The translations under genes were made by a program, and so were the position numbers. The notes below the pieces were generated by a model. That model worked only from the letters and a program-made list of their open reading frames with translations. It was not told the DNA's origin and made no database searches. From contig NC_068986.1 in the NCBI RefSeq assembly GCF_001194135.2, positions 59,710,384 through 59,774,383 of the forward strand: 64,000 nt of DNA. Direction: 5' to 3'. Below, one piece after another: positions 26,161 to 39,719 of this stretch (positions are counted from its first letter, which is position 1; every line of letters begins with the position of its first letter). The stretch is from Octopus bimaculoides. Taxonomy: Eukaryota.

Positions 26161-29100
26161 ACCAGAGACATACTCTTAAATACTCTTATGCACTTGCAAA
26201 TTGCCTTTGTACTAAAAAAGTTCCCCACCTGTCTAAGACATTCAAAGAAGCAAAGAGATTCAGTGAGGTACTAAGTAAGAAGTTGTAAAGCATAAAGTCT
26301 CATTTTTATTGTCTGAGGCTTGGCAACTTCAATCACTTCAGTGAAATAGTTCTGGCAGAATATGAGCAAACTAACATTCACTAATGCAAAACATATGACT
26401 TTTCCTCATTGAACACATAATTAAGAAAATAATAATAATAAAAACAAAGATAATAGTATTTAGTTATATGTAATAAATCATAATTCCAAGGACAGAAGAA
26501 TGACATCTTGATATTACATGATGTAAATGAAAATATTTTAAACACTCTGTGAAAATTTATCTGGCCAGGAGAAATATTATCTTGCTTGGAAACAGATAAT
26601 GGATGAAGACAGGAACACAGAGAAAATCTGTCTCAATAAACTTTGTCCAATCCATGCAAGCATGAAAAAATGGATATTAAAATGATGATATATATATTAT
26701 CAATATTAACATACACTTTTCCATGCTTGCACAGGCAAGATAGAATTGGTTGTGGCAGATTTTCTATGGCTGGATATCCTTCCTATTGCTAGCCATCACT
26801 CGTTTCTAAGCAAGATAATATTTTCCTCTTCACTGGACATGTTTTCACAGATACTGGAAACAAAGGAGGTCACTTGTATGTTGGTGAAATTCATTTACAA
26901 CAATTCTACAATGTCATGGTAAAGTGACACACACATGCATTCACACATATAATAACACATTTGTATTTATTACAAATTACCAGACAATCAGATGTCATAC
27001 ACCACTGGTTACAATGCATATCCAATCCTTTCTTGATTATGCCCTTCTTTTCCAGCTTGGCCTAAATCATCTTCCCATCATTATGGAGACATTTCAAGTG
27101 GCTTTTTTTATCTTTTCCACTCAGCAACTGCATGGGTCAAACCATTGTCTGTGAAACTTGCAATATATCTAGCCCAGGGGAACCTATGCTTTCATTATTC
27201 TATGATCATGTCGTTCACTCTTATATTCTCATATAAGATAATTAAGGAATTAATTTATGGTAGACACAAATTCTTGCAAAAGTCAAGATCTGTCCAGCCA
27301 ATGCCAAAATAGACAGACACAGTAAACAGAGAATAAGGACCTTACTATTCTTACTTTAAAATCATAGGTTTCCAGTATGGATACAGTATGTACATATTCA
27401 GGAATAAGAAACCTGAAGATGACCATACATGAAAATAATTAAAATTTTGCAAAATAAAATATGCAAAGATTTGGTTAAATATCTGGAAAATTATGCTCTT
27501 AATGGAAAAAGAAACAGATATTAAATTAATGATATCAACACACACACACAAACAAAGCACAAGTCAATGCGAAAGCCTCTAAATGATTGCTCGGCTTATT
27601 AGAAATAACACCTAAATCTCACTCACATCACATCTTACTATCATAGTAAATAGGACACATTAGAAAACGTAGTGGTAAATATAGAATATCTAAATAACAA
27701 ACAAATAAGATGAGATGGTCAAGGCCTGGAATGCCTTTAATCTTGGATCTGTTTGATCTGGGTTGATCAAAATCTAAATTACAAGACATTCCCTGGAAAT
27801 CCAACCACAGATTAGAAGTTGTTGTTGTTTAACCCCAGGTCATCTAGGATCACAGGTATTCTATTTTGTATATCAGTTTAACATTGTACAATATATCCTA
27901 TTTTTTAAAAGAAGGTAGGGTGTGATTTTAGGGAGATTTGGCTGCTATTTCTTGCACAGAATCTCCATTGCTGGTCTGTTAAGTTGAGAGTGTGTAGATT
28001 AAGTTTACCAAATGAAATTTACTGATTGCTATACTATTAGCTGTGTTACCTATCATCACAAGTTACACATTCTATATTCAAAATCTAATTATTTTAATAA
28101 CATAATTTACTCTCTAGGCAGCTGATTTATTTCATAGTTTTAAAATTTTCCATTAGTTTTAATTGATAAACTTTCACATTTACAAACAGACTTATCAAAT
28201 CTAAAGTTTTATCTTATACCTTTGTATAAGGACGTCATCAAGCATGCATTGATATTTCTACAACTAAACTTCTTCTTTGATGTTTTTTGTTCCAATGTTT
28301 CTAAAACAAATTGTGGTGGTTTTAGTTTTGTTGGGTTTTATTGTTGTTGGTAAAATTCTGTTTGCCTTATGATTAAATTCATTAGTTTGAAACTTTGTGT
28401 TTTTAGAGAAAAGAGATTACTTTATTTGTCTCAGCTTAATTGAAAATATAGAAAATAGTAGGTGTTGCTTCCTGTAGTTATCTGGAACATGAGACTTTGG
28501 AATAGCATAAAATTGTAAAAATATTTATTAAAAAAAATTATTTGAAAGTCTGTCATCAAAATTCTCTAATTTTTGATAAAAAAATAAAAATATATAAAAA
28601 AGTAAAAATTAAAAAAATAAAGCAAAAGGGAATATTTCAGCTATTAATGGAATTGAACCAGATTTGTTTTTGTTGCAGATTTGCATCTAGATCAGCTCTG
28701 ATAAAGCAGTCCATGTGATCTAAGGCATAATCTGACATAAAACTTCACACTATCCAATGTGTCCTTTTTAAAAACAAAAGATTTAGTTGCTATTTCTAGC
28801 AGATGAATCAATCGCATAGAGAGTCTTTACTAGAAGTGAAATTCAGAATGAAGTAAATAAAGAACATTGAATAGTAGAATTGTGAAGACATGTGCTGAAT
28901 GTTTGAGTTCACAATTGTAAGGTCATGGGTTCAATTCTCAAAATGTGTGGTGTGCTGTTTCCTTGAGCAAGGCACTTTATTGCCCAATATTTCAGTCCAC
29001 TTAGCTAAAAATGAATAGTAGCAGCAACTGGGAGCTGACCTTGTGATGGAGTAGTTTCCCATCCAAGGATTTTTGTACTTTCAGACTCCTGTTTAATGAC

Positions 29101-30369
29101 TTGGTAGTATTATAATACAGAAGATAAACTGTTATGATCTTTAAACATACAAATTCTTTCTACTACAAAATTCATAAATGAAAGAAAATTTAAATTCAAG
29201 AAAAGAAATCATCATCAGCATTTGACATCCATTTTTCCATACTTGCTGGGTGAGATAGAATTTGTTGTAGCAAATTTTCTACGGTTGGTTATCATTCCTG
29301 TCACCAACTGTCACCTGTTTCCCAATAAGGTAATATTTCCCCCCATGTCCAGATATTTTTTCAGGGAAAATTGAAAATGAAGGATACCACTTACATGACA
29401 GTGACACTTGTTTACAACTATCACACAGTGTCAAGGTAAGGAGACAGTAACACACAAACACACACACACACACATATGACAGGCTTTTTTTCAGGTTCCA
29501 TCTACCAAATTGACATATGAAGCTTTGGTCAGCCTCTTTTCCATAGTTACCTTCCACTTGTATCACTAGGCAGTTCTTCATTCAGTTTTCCTTCACATGC
29601 AGGTCTGATTTAAGGGCTATTTAGCTGTTATTTTTAACACAACTTACAACCACCTGATACCCTCCTTATTTCTTTGTCACTCTGACGTATTGATGCTTTT
29701 CAAAATCTTTCTCTCCATAAATATGTCTAATGGTCTATTGCTGTGATTGAAGTCAAAATTTAGGACTGTATGTAATTAGAAAAAAAAAAATTAAAAACAA
29801 ATTTTTCATAGTTGTATAAATCCTCATGTGTTTTGAAAATTCCCAAAAAATAAAAACTTTATGAGGGGTTATATGAGATGCTTAACCCAGAATTCTGCAG
29901 CGAGCCACTCCAGCAGATCGTGAAGAAGCTATAGAGAATACTTTATGTTGAGTTTTTTATTTAGTCAAGTTTTGTTAATTTCATATTATGCCATTTTTCC
30001 ATGATTCCCTTTCATTTGACCTCAATATTGATGTGCATGACTTTTTTTCAAAGGTAATTCTGGAGAACTGAAGAGGCAAATTTACCTTATCTTTTTTACT
30101 CATTTTAACCCATCTAAATTTGTCTTTTATTCACTCAAAGAGAACGGAGATAATTTTCTGAAATAGTGTTCTGAATAAGTTATAGTATTTTTAATCCATT
30201 TAGAAAAGGTCATTTGCTTAGCTAATGTAGTTTTTGTTAGATAGCGAACATTTATAAAAATATTTTCTTCTCAAAATCAAAAATGCATTAAATGTGCCCC
30301 ACCACCCATTACTGGAAACAGGAGAAACAGACTTTTGGAATATTATTTATTATTACGGCCGGGTTATTT

Positions 30370-31265
30370 ATTATTACGGCAACAAAGTCTACCTGCCACA
30401 CTTCTCAGTCTATCATCACTGCTTCAAGATCCTGGATATATCCGAGGCCAGTGTCTGCAATCAAGTTGTTGATCTATGATGATATTTTCTTCTGTTTACA
30501 TTATCATGAAATGTGTTCCACAAGACTAATTTGGATGCTCCCAGCTTAGAGTGGCACACGTAGTGATCAGATAGTTGCAGCCATCTTTGTGTAATCTTCT
30601 CGCTAACCTTCAGCAGGTCTCTGTAAAGGTAATTCATTTGTCATATGTTGCTGCCATTTCACATTTAGAACCATTTTTAACACCCTTGTGTAGCATCTAT
30701 ATAGCCTATTTGATAATTTCTTTGTCAGTGTCCATATTTCACTGCCATATAATAGCATTGATTCAACAGTTACAATGAACAGCTTCATTTTGATTTGCCT
30801 GGGCAGTTTGATGTTCCAGACTTTCTTTAGTTTTTGACAAGCTGTCCATGCTTGTGTCTTCCTGATCTTGATGTCTGCTTCCAAACTGCTCACCCAACTA
30901 CCAAAGTACTTAGTCTTCAGCAGCATTCAGTTTGGAACTACTCAGAACAAACAGTTCAGTATCACTTGATTGGCTGAAAGACATTTATTCTGTTTTCTTG
31001 ACGTTTTTGTGCAGCCCTATCTTTGCAGCTGATGCTTCTGCTCTGCTGAACGACTGTTAAGCTTGATCTATTAGATATGAGTGATCTATTAGATAAGAGT
31101 TCTGTATCATCTGTGAAGTCCAAGTCTGTGATGGCTACTGCTGGCACTCTCCATGATCATTGCTGGTCTATGATGAAACTAATGCAATTACAAACAGATA
31201 TGGTGCAAGTGTATCTCCTTGTAGCACCCCAGCTGGTATTTGAAAGAATTCAGAGTGCCAAAAAT
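30370..31265 (-). mobile_element. RTE-X-type LINE, 5'-truncated RT and C-terminal remnant
   Basis: Decayed motifs AGVLQGDTLAPYLFVI, PAVAITDLDFTDD, ESMLLYGSEIWTLTK and a terminal ...DREVWQ. Confidence 0.85.
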
Positions 31266-32075
31266 TTGTTAATGGGGCCAGACATGCAGCACTGGCATTG
31301 GCCATGGTTGCGATCTCACTTTAGTTGCCGGGTCTTCTCAATCACAGCCTATTTCCAAAGGTCTCGGCCTCCTGGCATTGCCTCTGTGAGGCCCAACATT
31401 CAAAGGTCATGCTTCACCACCTCATCCCATGTCTTTCTGGGTCTACCTTTTCCACAGGTTCCTTCCTCAGTTAGGGTGTGGTACTTCCTCACACAGCTGT
31501 CTTCATCCATATGCAATACATGACCATACCAGTGCAGTCGTCTCTCTTGCACACCATATTTGATGCTTCTTATGTCCAACTTTTCTCTCTCAGGATGCTC
31601 TCCCTCTGTTGTGTATGCACACTGACATTACACATTCAGTGGATCATACTAGCTTCATTTCTTTCAAGCCTATGCATGTCCTCAGCAGTCATGGCCCATG
31701 TTTCACTGCCATGTAGCATGGCAGTTCGCACACATGCATCATACAGTCTACCTTTCATCCTGAGCGAGAGGCCCTTAGTTGCCAGCAGAGATAGGAGCTC
31801 CCTGAACTTTATCCAGGCTATTCTTATTCTAGCCACTACACTCTCAGAGCAACCACCCCAACTACAGACTTGGTTGCCTAGGTAGCAGAAGCTATCAACT
31901 ACTTCTAGCTTTTTCCCCTGGCATGTGATGGAATCTGTTTTCTGTACATCTTCAGTGTTTATTGCCCTTGTGCATCTGTCACACACAAAAACCATCTCCC
32001 TGGTTAACCTTCCTTTGATATTGCTGCACCTTTTATGTGCTTACACCAGGTACATTGTGTAAGCAGTAAAACCAA
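31266..32075 (-). mobile_element. RTE-clade LINE 3' fragment with PHD-like Cys/His insert in RT
   Basis: EVVDSFCYLGN...RTAMLHGSETWAM...ERNEASM is preceded by CxxC...HKRC...FVCDRC. The 3' UTR abuts the RTE-X fragment. Confidence 0.88.
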
Positions 32076-32699
32076 AATCATAGCTGTGGCCAATGCCCCC
32101 TGACTGGTTCCCATTCCGGTGGCATGTAAAATGCATCATCCGAATGTGGTCGATGCCAGTGCCCCCTGATTGGCTTCCGTGCCAGTGACACAAAAAGCAC
32201 CATCTGAACATGGTTGATGCCAGGGCTGCCTGACTGGCTCCTGTGCCGGTGGCACATAAAAAGCACCTACTACACTCTTGGAGTGGTTGGCTTTAGGAAG
32301 GGTATCCAGCTGTAGAACTATTGTCAGATCAGATTGGAGCCTGGTGCAGCGACTGGCTTTCCAGACCATCTGACTGGAACCCATGCCAGTGGCATGTAAA
32401 AAGCACCATTCAAGCATGACCGATACCAGTGCAAACTGGCTGACACCTGTGCTGGTGGTATATAAAAAGTACCATTTGAGTGTGGCCAATTCCAGTGCTG
32501 CCTGACTGGTTCCCATGCCAGTGGCACATAAAAGCACCCACTACACTCTTGGAGTGGTTGGCATTAGGAAGGGTATCCAGCTGTAGAAATCTTGCTAACT
32601 CAGACTAGAGCCAGGTACAGCTTGCCAGTTCTCAGACAAACTGTCCATGCCAGCATGGAAAGCAGACGTTAAACAACAACAATGATGATGATGATGATG

Positions 32700-33360
32700 A
32701 TTATGATGGTGAGCTGACAGAATCGTTAGCATGCTGGACGAAATGCTTAACAGCATTTCATCCATCGTTACATTCTGAGTTCAAATTCCGTTGACGTCAA
32801 CTTTGCCTTTCACCCTTTCCCCCTTTCTGGGTCAATAAATTAAGTACTGGTTGTGTACTGGGGTTGATGTAATTAACTAGTCCCTTCCCCCAAAATTTCT
32901 GGTTTCGTAGAAAGGATTATTATTATTTTCATTATTATTATTATTAAGGCAGTGAGCTGGCAGAACCATTATCACACCAGGCAAAATGCATAGCATTTTG
33001 TCCATCTTCACGTTCTGAGTCCAAATTTCACCAAGGTTGACTTTGCCTTTCACCCTATTGGTGGGGTAAGTAAAATAAGTACCAGTTGAGTACTGGGGTT
33101 GGTGTAATCAACTATCCCCTGCATTTCAGGCCTTGTGCCTATAATAGAAAGGAATATTATTATTATCCTTACTGAGGATAGTTTATTGGTAGAATTGTCA
33201 GAATGGTGGTATTTGTTCTGACTCTTTGCTACAGTCCTTCAACAGTCAACTTTGCTTTCATCCTTTAGGAGCCAATAAAGTAAAGTGCCAGTAAAGTACT
33301 CAATTTAAGTGACTAACTGTCCTGTTCAAATTTTAGGTTTTGTACCTACTTTAGAAACAT
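32700..33360 (+). mobile_element. Three head-to-tail copies of the dominant tRNA-derived SINE separated by (ATT)n
   Basis: Each copy carries gagctggcagaa...ctgagttcaaatt...gactttgcctttca...aagtaccag. Other copies lie at ~3585-3720 (+), 11322-11532 (-), 18545-18715 (+), 25120-25290 (+), 36990-37135 (+), 45758-45965 (-), 57775-57980 (+) and 58040-58190 (-). Confidence 0.8.
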
Positions 33361-34318
33361 TTACTATTGTTGTTGCTGCTGCTACTGCTGCTATTGCATG
33401 TCTAATAAGCCCATTCCATATCAATAACTGTTGCTGTAATTATCACTGTTATTGTCCTTTAATTCCCTTCTTCACCAATGATTGTTGCAGGAAATAATAT
33501 CATAGCTGTCTGTTTTCTCAGTACCTCTCCCTACTCTCCTACCAATATATGTAGCTGGAAATATTTATGTTACCATCATCTATTGGCAACTATTAAATTA
33601 CAAATCTATTCTACTGTGAATCTTTTCCTTCTAACATTGTGTTTTATGAAGTAAATAGATATTTGCAGAGAGCAGATGACTGGAATTGGCAATATCAAGA
33701 AGGTGACAGATAAGCAGATTGTTACGCTGAAAGCAGAAAGATTGGCTATTTGGAAATAAAAAGGTCTTTAAAAGAATAATAAAAAGAACAACAACAATTG
33801 CTGTTGTTTTATTTACATGCGTTTGAATCACCTCTGAAAAGGTGACACAAATTCATGTAAACTCCCTTTTTGGCAGTATATTGTTAAGTATTTTTTTTCC
33901 CAATATATTGTAAACATGTAGTATTAATGTTCAAACATTCTCACTATTTTCCAAAATCTTGCTGCATTTCACATGGAATTTTTGGTCCTCCATAGTTATC
34001 TTAGAGTATAAGTTGACCTAGCCTTTTTGTCTGTAAATTTTAGTCTGAAAAATTCAATTTATATTCCAGAAAATATAACTATTTCAATGAGGAGAAAGCA
34101 GGAGGGCCTCATACTGCCACCAGCTTCATTAGGAAATGGAGGCTTGACAACAAGAACAACATAAAAAAAACAGCATAAGCAGCAGCAGCAGCAATGCTAG
34201 CAAAGACAGCATTCTGCTCATAGAAGGAAGGGAGAAAATTTCTTTGATCACAGATCAAAGTCCAACTAATAATGCAGTAAATGAATGTAGCAGTAACAAC
34301 AACCTCATAAAAAAAAAA

Positions 34319-35227
34319 AAAAGGCATTGGAGGGGTAATGCATACCCTGCATGCAGATAATTTATTTCACAAATTATAGTATGGCATACAATGTGTTGCT
34401 TACCTATGCTTTTAATTGAACTGAATTAATTTTTTTTAAGTATCACCATTATAGGTATTTATACTATGGTGAAATTAAGAAATCAACTCGTAAATAAACA
34501 AAAGCCTCAAATCCATCACTGTACACACATACTCACACACACATACATACACACACGAACGTGCACACACACACACACATCTATGTATGATTGCATGTAT
34601 GTATATATGTATCCACATGTGTCTATGCACATAGGTACACCATGATTTATACACATGCAGATGAGGGTTGATTCATATGACAAAGAAAGTGAATAAAATA
34701 ATATGACCACTTATTGGAAAATTTGTAAATTTTTATTTTTTATTATTTTTTTTATTTTAAGTATCACTATTATAGCTTTTTATACTCTGGTGAAATTAAG
34801 AAATCAAGTCATAAATAAATGAACCCTCTAATCCATCACTGTACACACACACACACACACACAGTCGCACATTTATATATGTATCTATGAATGTATGTGT
34901 GTATGTATGTACCCACATGTGTCTATGCTCATAAGTACACCATGATCTATGCACACACAGATGAGGGCCAATTCACATGAAAAAAAATGTGAACAAAATA
35001 ATATAACCACTTGCTTATTGGGAAATTTGTCAGTTTGATTTAATAAAATTTTTATTTCATGATAATCAAACCAAACTCATTATTTTGAGCCACTCATCCA
35101 ATAAATATTTCAGCCAAACATGGTGAAAATCTGTTCAGCTGTTTTTCAGTAATTTTTCAAACACACAGACAAACAGATGAAGGCGAGTGATTATAATACC
35201 CTGCTTTTGCTTATGCACACAGGGTAA
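34319..35227 (+). mobile_element. Non-autonomous Helentron/HINE-like element with internal ~320 bp tandem duplication
   Basis: 3' hairpin TACCCTG...CAGGGTA (35197-35226) is preceded by an acagacaaacaga microsatellite-like tract. A 5' subterminal gcataccctgc motif is present, and 34430-34720 is repeated at 34755-35010. Confidence 0.5.
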
Positions 35228-35629
35228 CAACATTAGCTAAAATAACCACAGCAGCAGCAGAAACATTAATAACATGACAAAAAAACAAATGGAGACAACA
35301 GTAGCAGTGACAACAGTAGCAACAACAAGAACAACATTGATAGCAGTAGCAACAACAACAAAAATGTCGCTGACATCAAAATAAATGCTAAGGTCAAGCA
35401 ATCTTTCACAGGGGTGGTGGCAAAAGTGATTGAATACTTTGAACTTTCACTGAATAACAAGCGAAACATCTTGTGATGGTGAATGGAAGAAGTGCACATT
35501 GCAATCCAAGATGAAGTTTTAGTAGCAAGCACATGGACAACAGTTGTGTATTGCTGTATATTTGCTAAAATTCAATGCCTGGAAGTAGTGACATATGCTC
35601 AGGAAGAATGAACTCTGAAAGAACTATGG

Positions 35630-36055
35630 GCAGACACAGAACATGTCACTTGAGCAAAGCAGTTTAGGAGTATGGAGGTCTTCTTCAGGAGCAAAGCCCT
35701 TGTGTTGAAGGACTCCATAACCCTCATACATGACAGTGAGCTCTCTCCCTATCCAGTTTATTAAGAGAGAAAAATCTGTCACATCAAGATAAAATTGCAC
35801 CTGGTCTAGACATCTAGTGGTTGGTAGCTTGCATCTCTTCAAATGGAAGCAAGACACTCTTCGAAATAAAGTGGGCAGAGAGAGAACTGTGGTCTGGGAC
35901 ACAGTGGAGAGCCTCTTCCAGATCAGACCAAACATTTCACACTTAATCTACTTGTTCAACGAACTAGATTTGTATGTTGCAACTGAGGGCAAAAAGCTAA
36001 AATGCTTCTTTTGGGTGCAGAAAGCCACTTCAGAGCTTCCTGTCCTTATCAAAAG
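35630..36055 (+). mobile_element. Tx1/L1-type ORF1 remnant with frameshifted CCHC knuckle
   Basis: RSMEVFFRS... and YVATEGKKLKCFF(C)GAESHFRASCP reconstructs CX2CX4HX4C across one frameshift. Confidence 0.6.
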
Positions 36056-36093
36056 TTAGGAAAGAGAAGGTTCCAGCTGTTGCCAATGCTGCA

Positions 36094-36200
36094 TACCCTG
36101 TGTACATAAGCAAAAGCAGGGTATTATAATCACTTGCCTTCAGCAAAAAGAAAACATGCACAGCAGACTGATACTCAAACACGATGATATCAACAAAACA
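36094..36200 (-). mobile_element. Inverted second copy of the HINE-like 3' end
   Basis: Reverse complement of 36094-36142 is almost identical to 35178-35226. Confidence 0.6.
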
Positions 36201-39200
36201 CACCCATTCACCCACCCCAAACATTGTGCTGATAAAAAACACAAAAAAAAAACCGATGTCCTTTATCTCACAAAAGGAAAACTTTGAAACAAAGGGTGAG
36301 ATCTTCAGGCCCAACACTTTCAAAGTGCCACAAAATTTGAAAATAATAAGGCTGGACTTGGAGACAAAATATTGAGGGAGAATTTCCTAATGATATGGGA
36401 AGTTCAAATGTAAGGGCCAGCAGTAGGCTCCTAAAAGACTTTCCGAAGGTAATTTAAAACCTCATAGAGATGAAGTCATCCAGTCTCTGGGACCACTAAA
36501 TAAGTAAATAACCTGTTTCCTTTTTTCCCTCTTTATCTTTCAACTAGTATGGTGGCTAAGAGAGTAGGATGTATAAATGCATGAGGCTTGGGGGTCACTC
36601 TGGAAGCAGAGTTGCCTGCACAATGACTTCAAGTCACTAGGTTTGGATAAATAGCCATCAGCAAGACCAAGATTTCCAATACATGAATCTTAGCACCAGA
36701 CATGTGCTGAAGTTACATCTCTAGCTTTTCCTTGGTGGTGAGCAAGTGTGGTTAGCTGCACTTTTCTGTAGCTCGTCTCTTTGACAGAGCTGCTGTCCTG
36801 GATCAAGTGTAGACCAAGCAGGGTACTTAGCACCTTGAATATCATGAGATCCTCACAGCTCTCTGTGAGCCAAGCAATGCAGTGTATGTTCCACCATAGC
36901 ATTCCATAGAGGTTTAGTGGTGGGTAAAAGCAACAATATCTTTGGGGAAACTCTGGACATTGATGAAAATCAACTAACTGGTCTTTACCAAATCTTTAAA
37001 ATCCTGCTGAGGTTGACTTTGCCCTTTCATCTTTCAGAGATCAATAAAATTATATGCCAATCAAACACTGGGGTACATTCAGTAAACAAACCCTGCTTCA
37101 AATTTGTGGCTTTGTGCCTGTTTTATAAATTATCATTTTTTGCAGCTAGCAATAAGTAAATCTTCAATATTTCTTAATTGGCAGCAATATCAGTATGCAT
37201 TTGCTACAACCATTGATAGAAAAATGTCTCTGTGAAGAAAACTAAAATCTATCAGAAGATATAGCATATTCCATAGTTATCCTCAAAAATTTATTTTCCA
37301 CTAAGCTCTATTGACAACTATGTACAAGTTTTACTATTGTTTCAAAGTCAGTTTTATTTAGCTGAAACCAAGACAACTGCTCACTCTTCAGACCCATCTT
37401 CTTGAAAGTAGCTTAAATTCATATCAATTACCTTTTCATATATTTTACTGCTTCTTCCATGTTCATATTGATAACAAGATTTTACAAGTTATTCTAGAAA
37501 TGCCAACTGCTGTAAACTTAGAAGATTCGATTACTATTGGGCTATGATTAACCAGCTCTTAAAGATTTGGCTATCGTTTCTAACAGAATGCATGTCCACG
37601 TACCCTCTTCGCTGAATGCTTAACAGCTCTGCTCAAGTTAAACCTATAGCATAAAGCAAGTGTAGCACATCAAAGAATCATTCCAACAGTGTTGTTCTTG
37701 TGGCCATGCCATCTTTATTATAAAATATTCAAAGATTTGAACATCTAACTTTCATTTTAAGGATAGAAGGGAGTGGGATTTTTTACCTAAATTTGATTGG
37801 TAAATCAACATATCAAGTAATTTTGTAGAAGCTGTTGTGGTAATTCAACTTCAAGCTCCTTCACTGGGTTATGTAAAGATTCTTTTATTGACGTAATTTA
37901 ATATAATGAGTGGAAGAAGAGTGATTACTCAAGAAGTTTTCTGTATGAGAAATAAATATCCAAGTAGGTGTTAACATACCTAATGTAGGGACTTGAGACA
38001 TGTTAATTAAAATTACACATGTAGTGAGGAGAAGGAATAATAAAATCTAGAATTAAAATTTATTTTGATCACTTAATATTCCAACCTGTGTTGAGACTTA
38101 ATCATTAAGCTAATGAATGTTTTCTCCTGATATTAAGCTAGTATGTGTGTGCTTACAGAGTTAAAAAGCCTAATAAAATTATTTCTATGATGATAGTAGA
38201 AATATTCATGAAGGTTACATATGTGCTGAAAAGATATAATCATTAGCTCAATTTTAGATAAGAAAAGCATAAAATACAACTATAAAAATTAAAATAATTT
38301 TAATTAAATACCAGAGCTGTCTTCCCTGTCCTTGCCTTGACCATCATTAAACATAAGGCTAAAGTTTTTTTTTCCTCTGTCTTCATTACATGTGTAATCT
38401 TATTTAAATAAACATAAATGTGTTCAAACTCACATGATTTAATGTTAACAATAAGATGAATTATATATTCTTGTAATAGTCTGTGCTGCAACACATATGG
38501 AACTGAAAGGGTTAAATAGAGTAGATAATCAAGCAGTACTTAATTTTACAGCCATCTGCACGATAAAAAGCAAGAGTGGATTTCATTTAATTCAAGTTAC
38601 ATACTATGAAGCAGAAACTAGTAAGCTAATTTAGCCACAGTCCTTGCCATCTATAATGATCTAGGTTGAAGTAATCTCACTCTTCATGTTGTATCATTAA
38701 TATGTTGTCTTCCAGCAATTTCTATATTAATGATAGCCAATATAAGTGTTGGTTGATTGATTTCTCCAGTCACACTTTATATCATAAAGAGAGTGGGGTA
38801 GAAAGAGTAAAAGAGAGATACAGAGAGCTAACATATGTGGTGCAGGTTGAGTGCACACATTAGGTCATTATGTCTGGTGATAAGTTGAGAGGAGGGGGAG
38901 GAGGAGGAGGAGGTGGAGGAAATGACAGATTGGTTATAGAAGGAGTTATGCAAATGAGAAAGTTGTTTTATTTAATTTTATTTTAAGGTAATAAATATTT
39001 TTCTTTTCAAAAATTAATATTCCTTTCATCATTTTCTATAAGAACCATGAAATTTGACAAAAGTGAAATTATATATATTGTACGTAAGCCATATTTCATG
39101 ATATTACCTATGATGGGAAAAGCATATTTCCAAAGTTATCCATCATATGGCAAATAACATTTTAGTCTGATAAATAAAATGAATGGATAGTTACATTACC

Positions 39201-39379
39201 ATCTTAGAAATGACTATTTCTCTCCAAACACATGTACAATTCTAAATGCAATATCTAATGATATAATACCAGGTAGTACAGAGACAGACACATGTAGCTT
39301 CAGAGATGAACATATATATTTCTTTATTTGCCTGAACTGCAGCCTTATTAAGGTACCTTTTCAAAAGTTTAGTTGACCA

Positions 39380-39560
39380 TATCAATCTCAGGAATTATTC
39401 AGGAAGTGGTGCATAAATGGTTGTGTGACTAGCTGTAAACTTTCTTCTCCAAATGGACTAAGCAAGTTTGTGGACCACTGGAAGAAGTACATTGAAAAGT
39501 AAGGGGACTATGTCGAAAAAGGATGTAAATATTCAAATCTTTGTTTTAATAAATTACAGA
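39380..39560 (+). mobile_element. Mariner transposase C-terminal remnant
   Basis: Decayed ...QEVVHKWL... and HWKKYIEK*GDYVEK matches the mariner 'W.KC....GDYVEK' end. Confidence 0.65.
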
Positions 39561-39719
39561 AACAAGAGTGCATATAATTTTTGAGTGGGTAGGTAGATAG
39601 GTGGATGGGTGGGCAGATGGGGATGGGAAATGAGTGGTGAGTAGATAGAGGGATGTATTTTTACATTGTGCTTCCAGAATCTCAGATTCTCTAAGGTAAA
39701 TGAGTGTTCTTGAGAGCCA

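Noticed and set aside
27413-27440. CTGAAGA...GAAA spacing resembling a hammerhead
   Set aside because: No convincing stem II or stem I. The ctgatgag at ~24935 was rejected for lacking GAAA.
32080-32690. Regularly recurring gccagtggcatgtaaaaagcacc units that look array-like
   Set aside because: These are internal subrepeats of an RTE-tail SINE-like family with non-unique spacers in a eukaryotic context, so not a CRISPR array.
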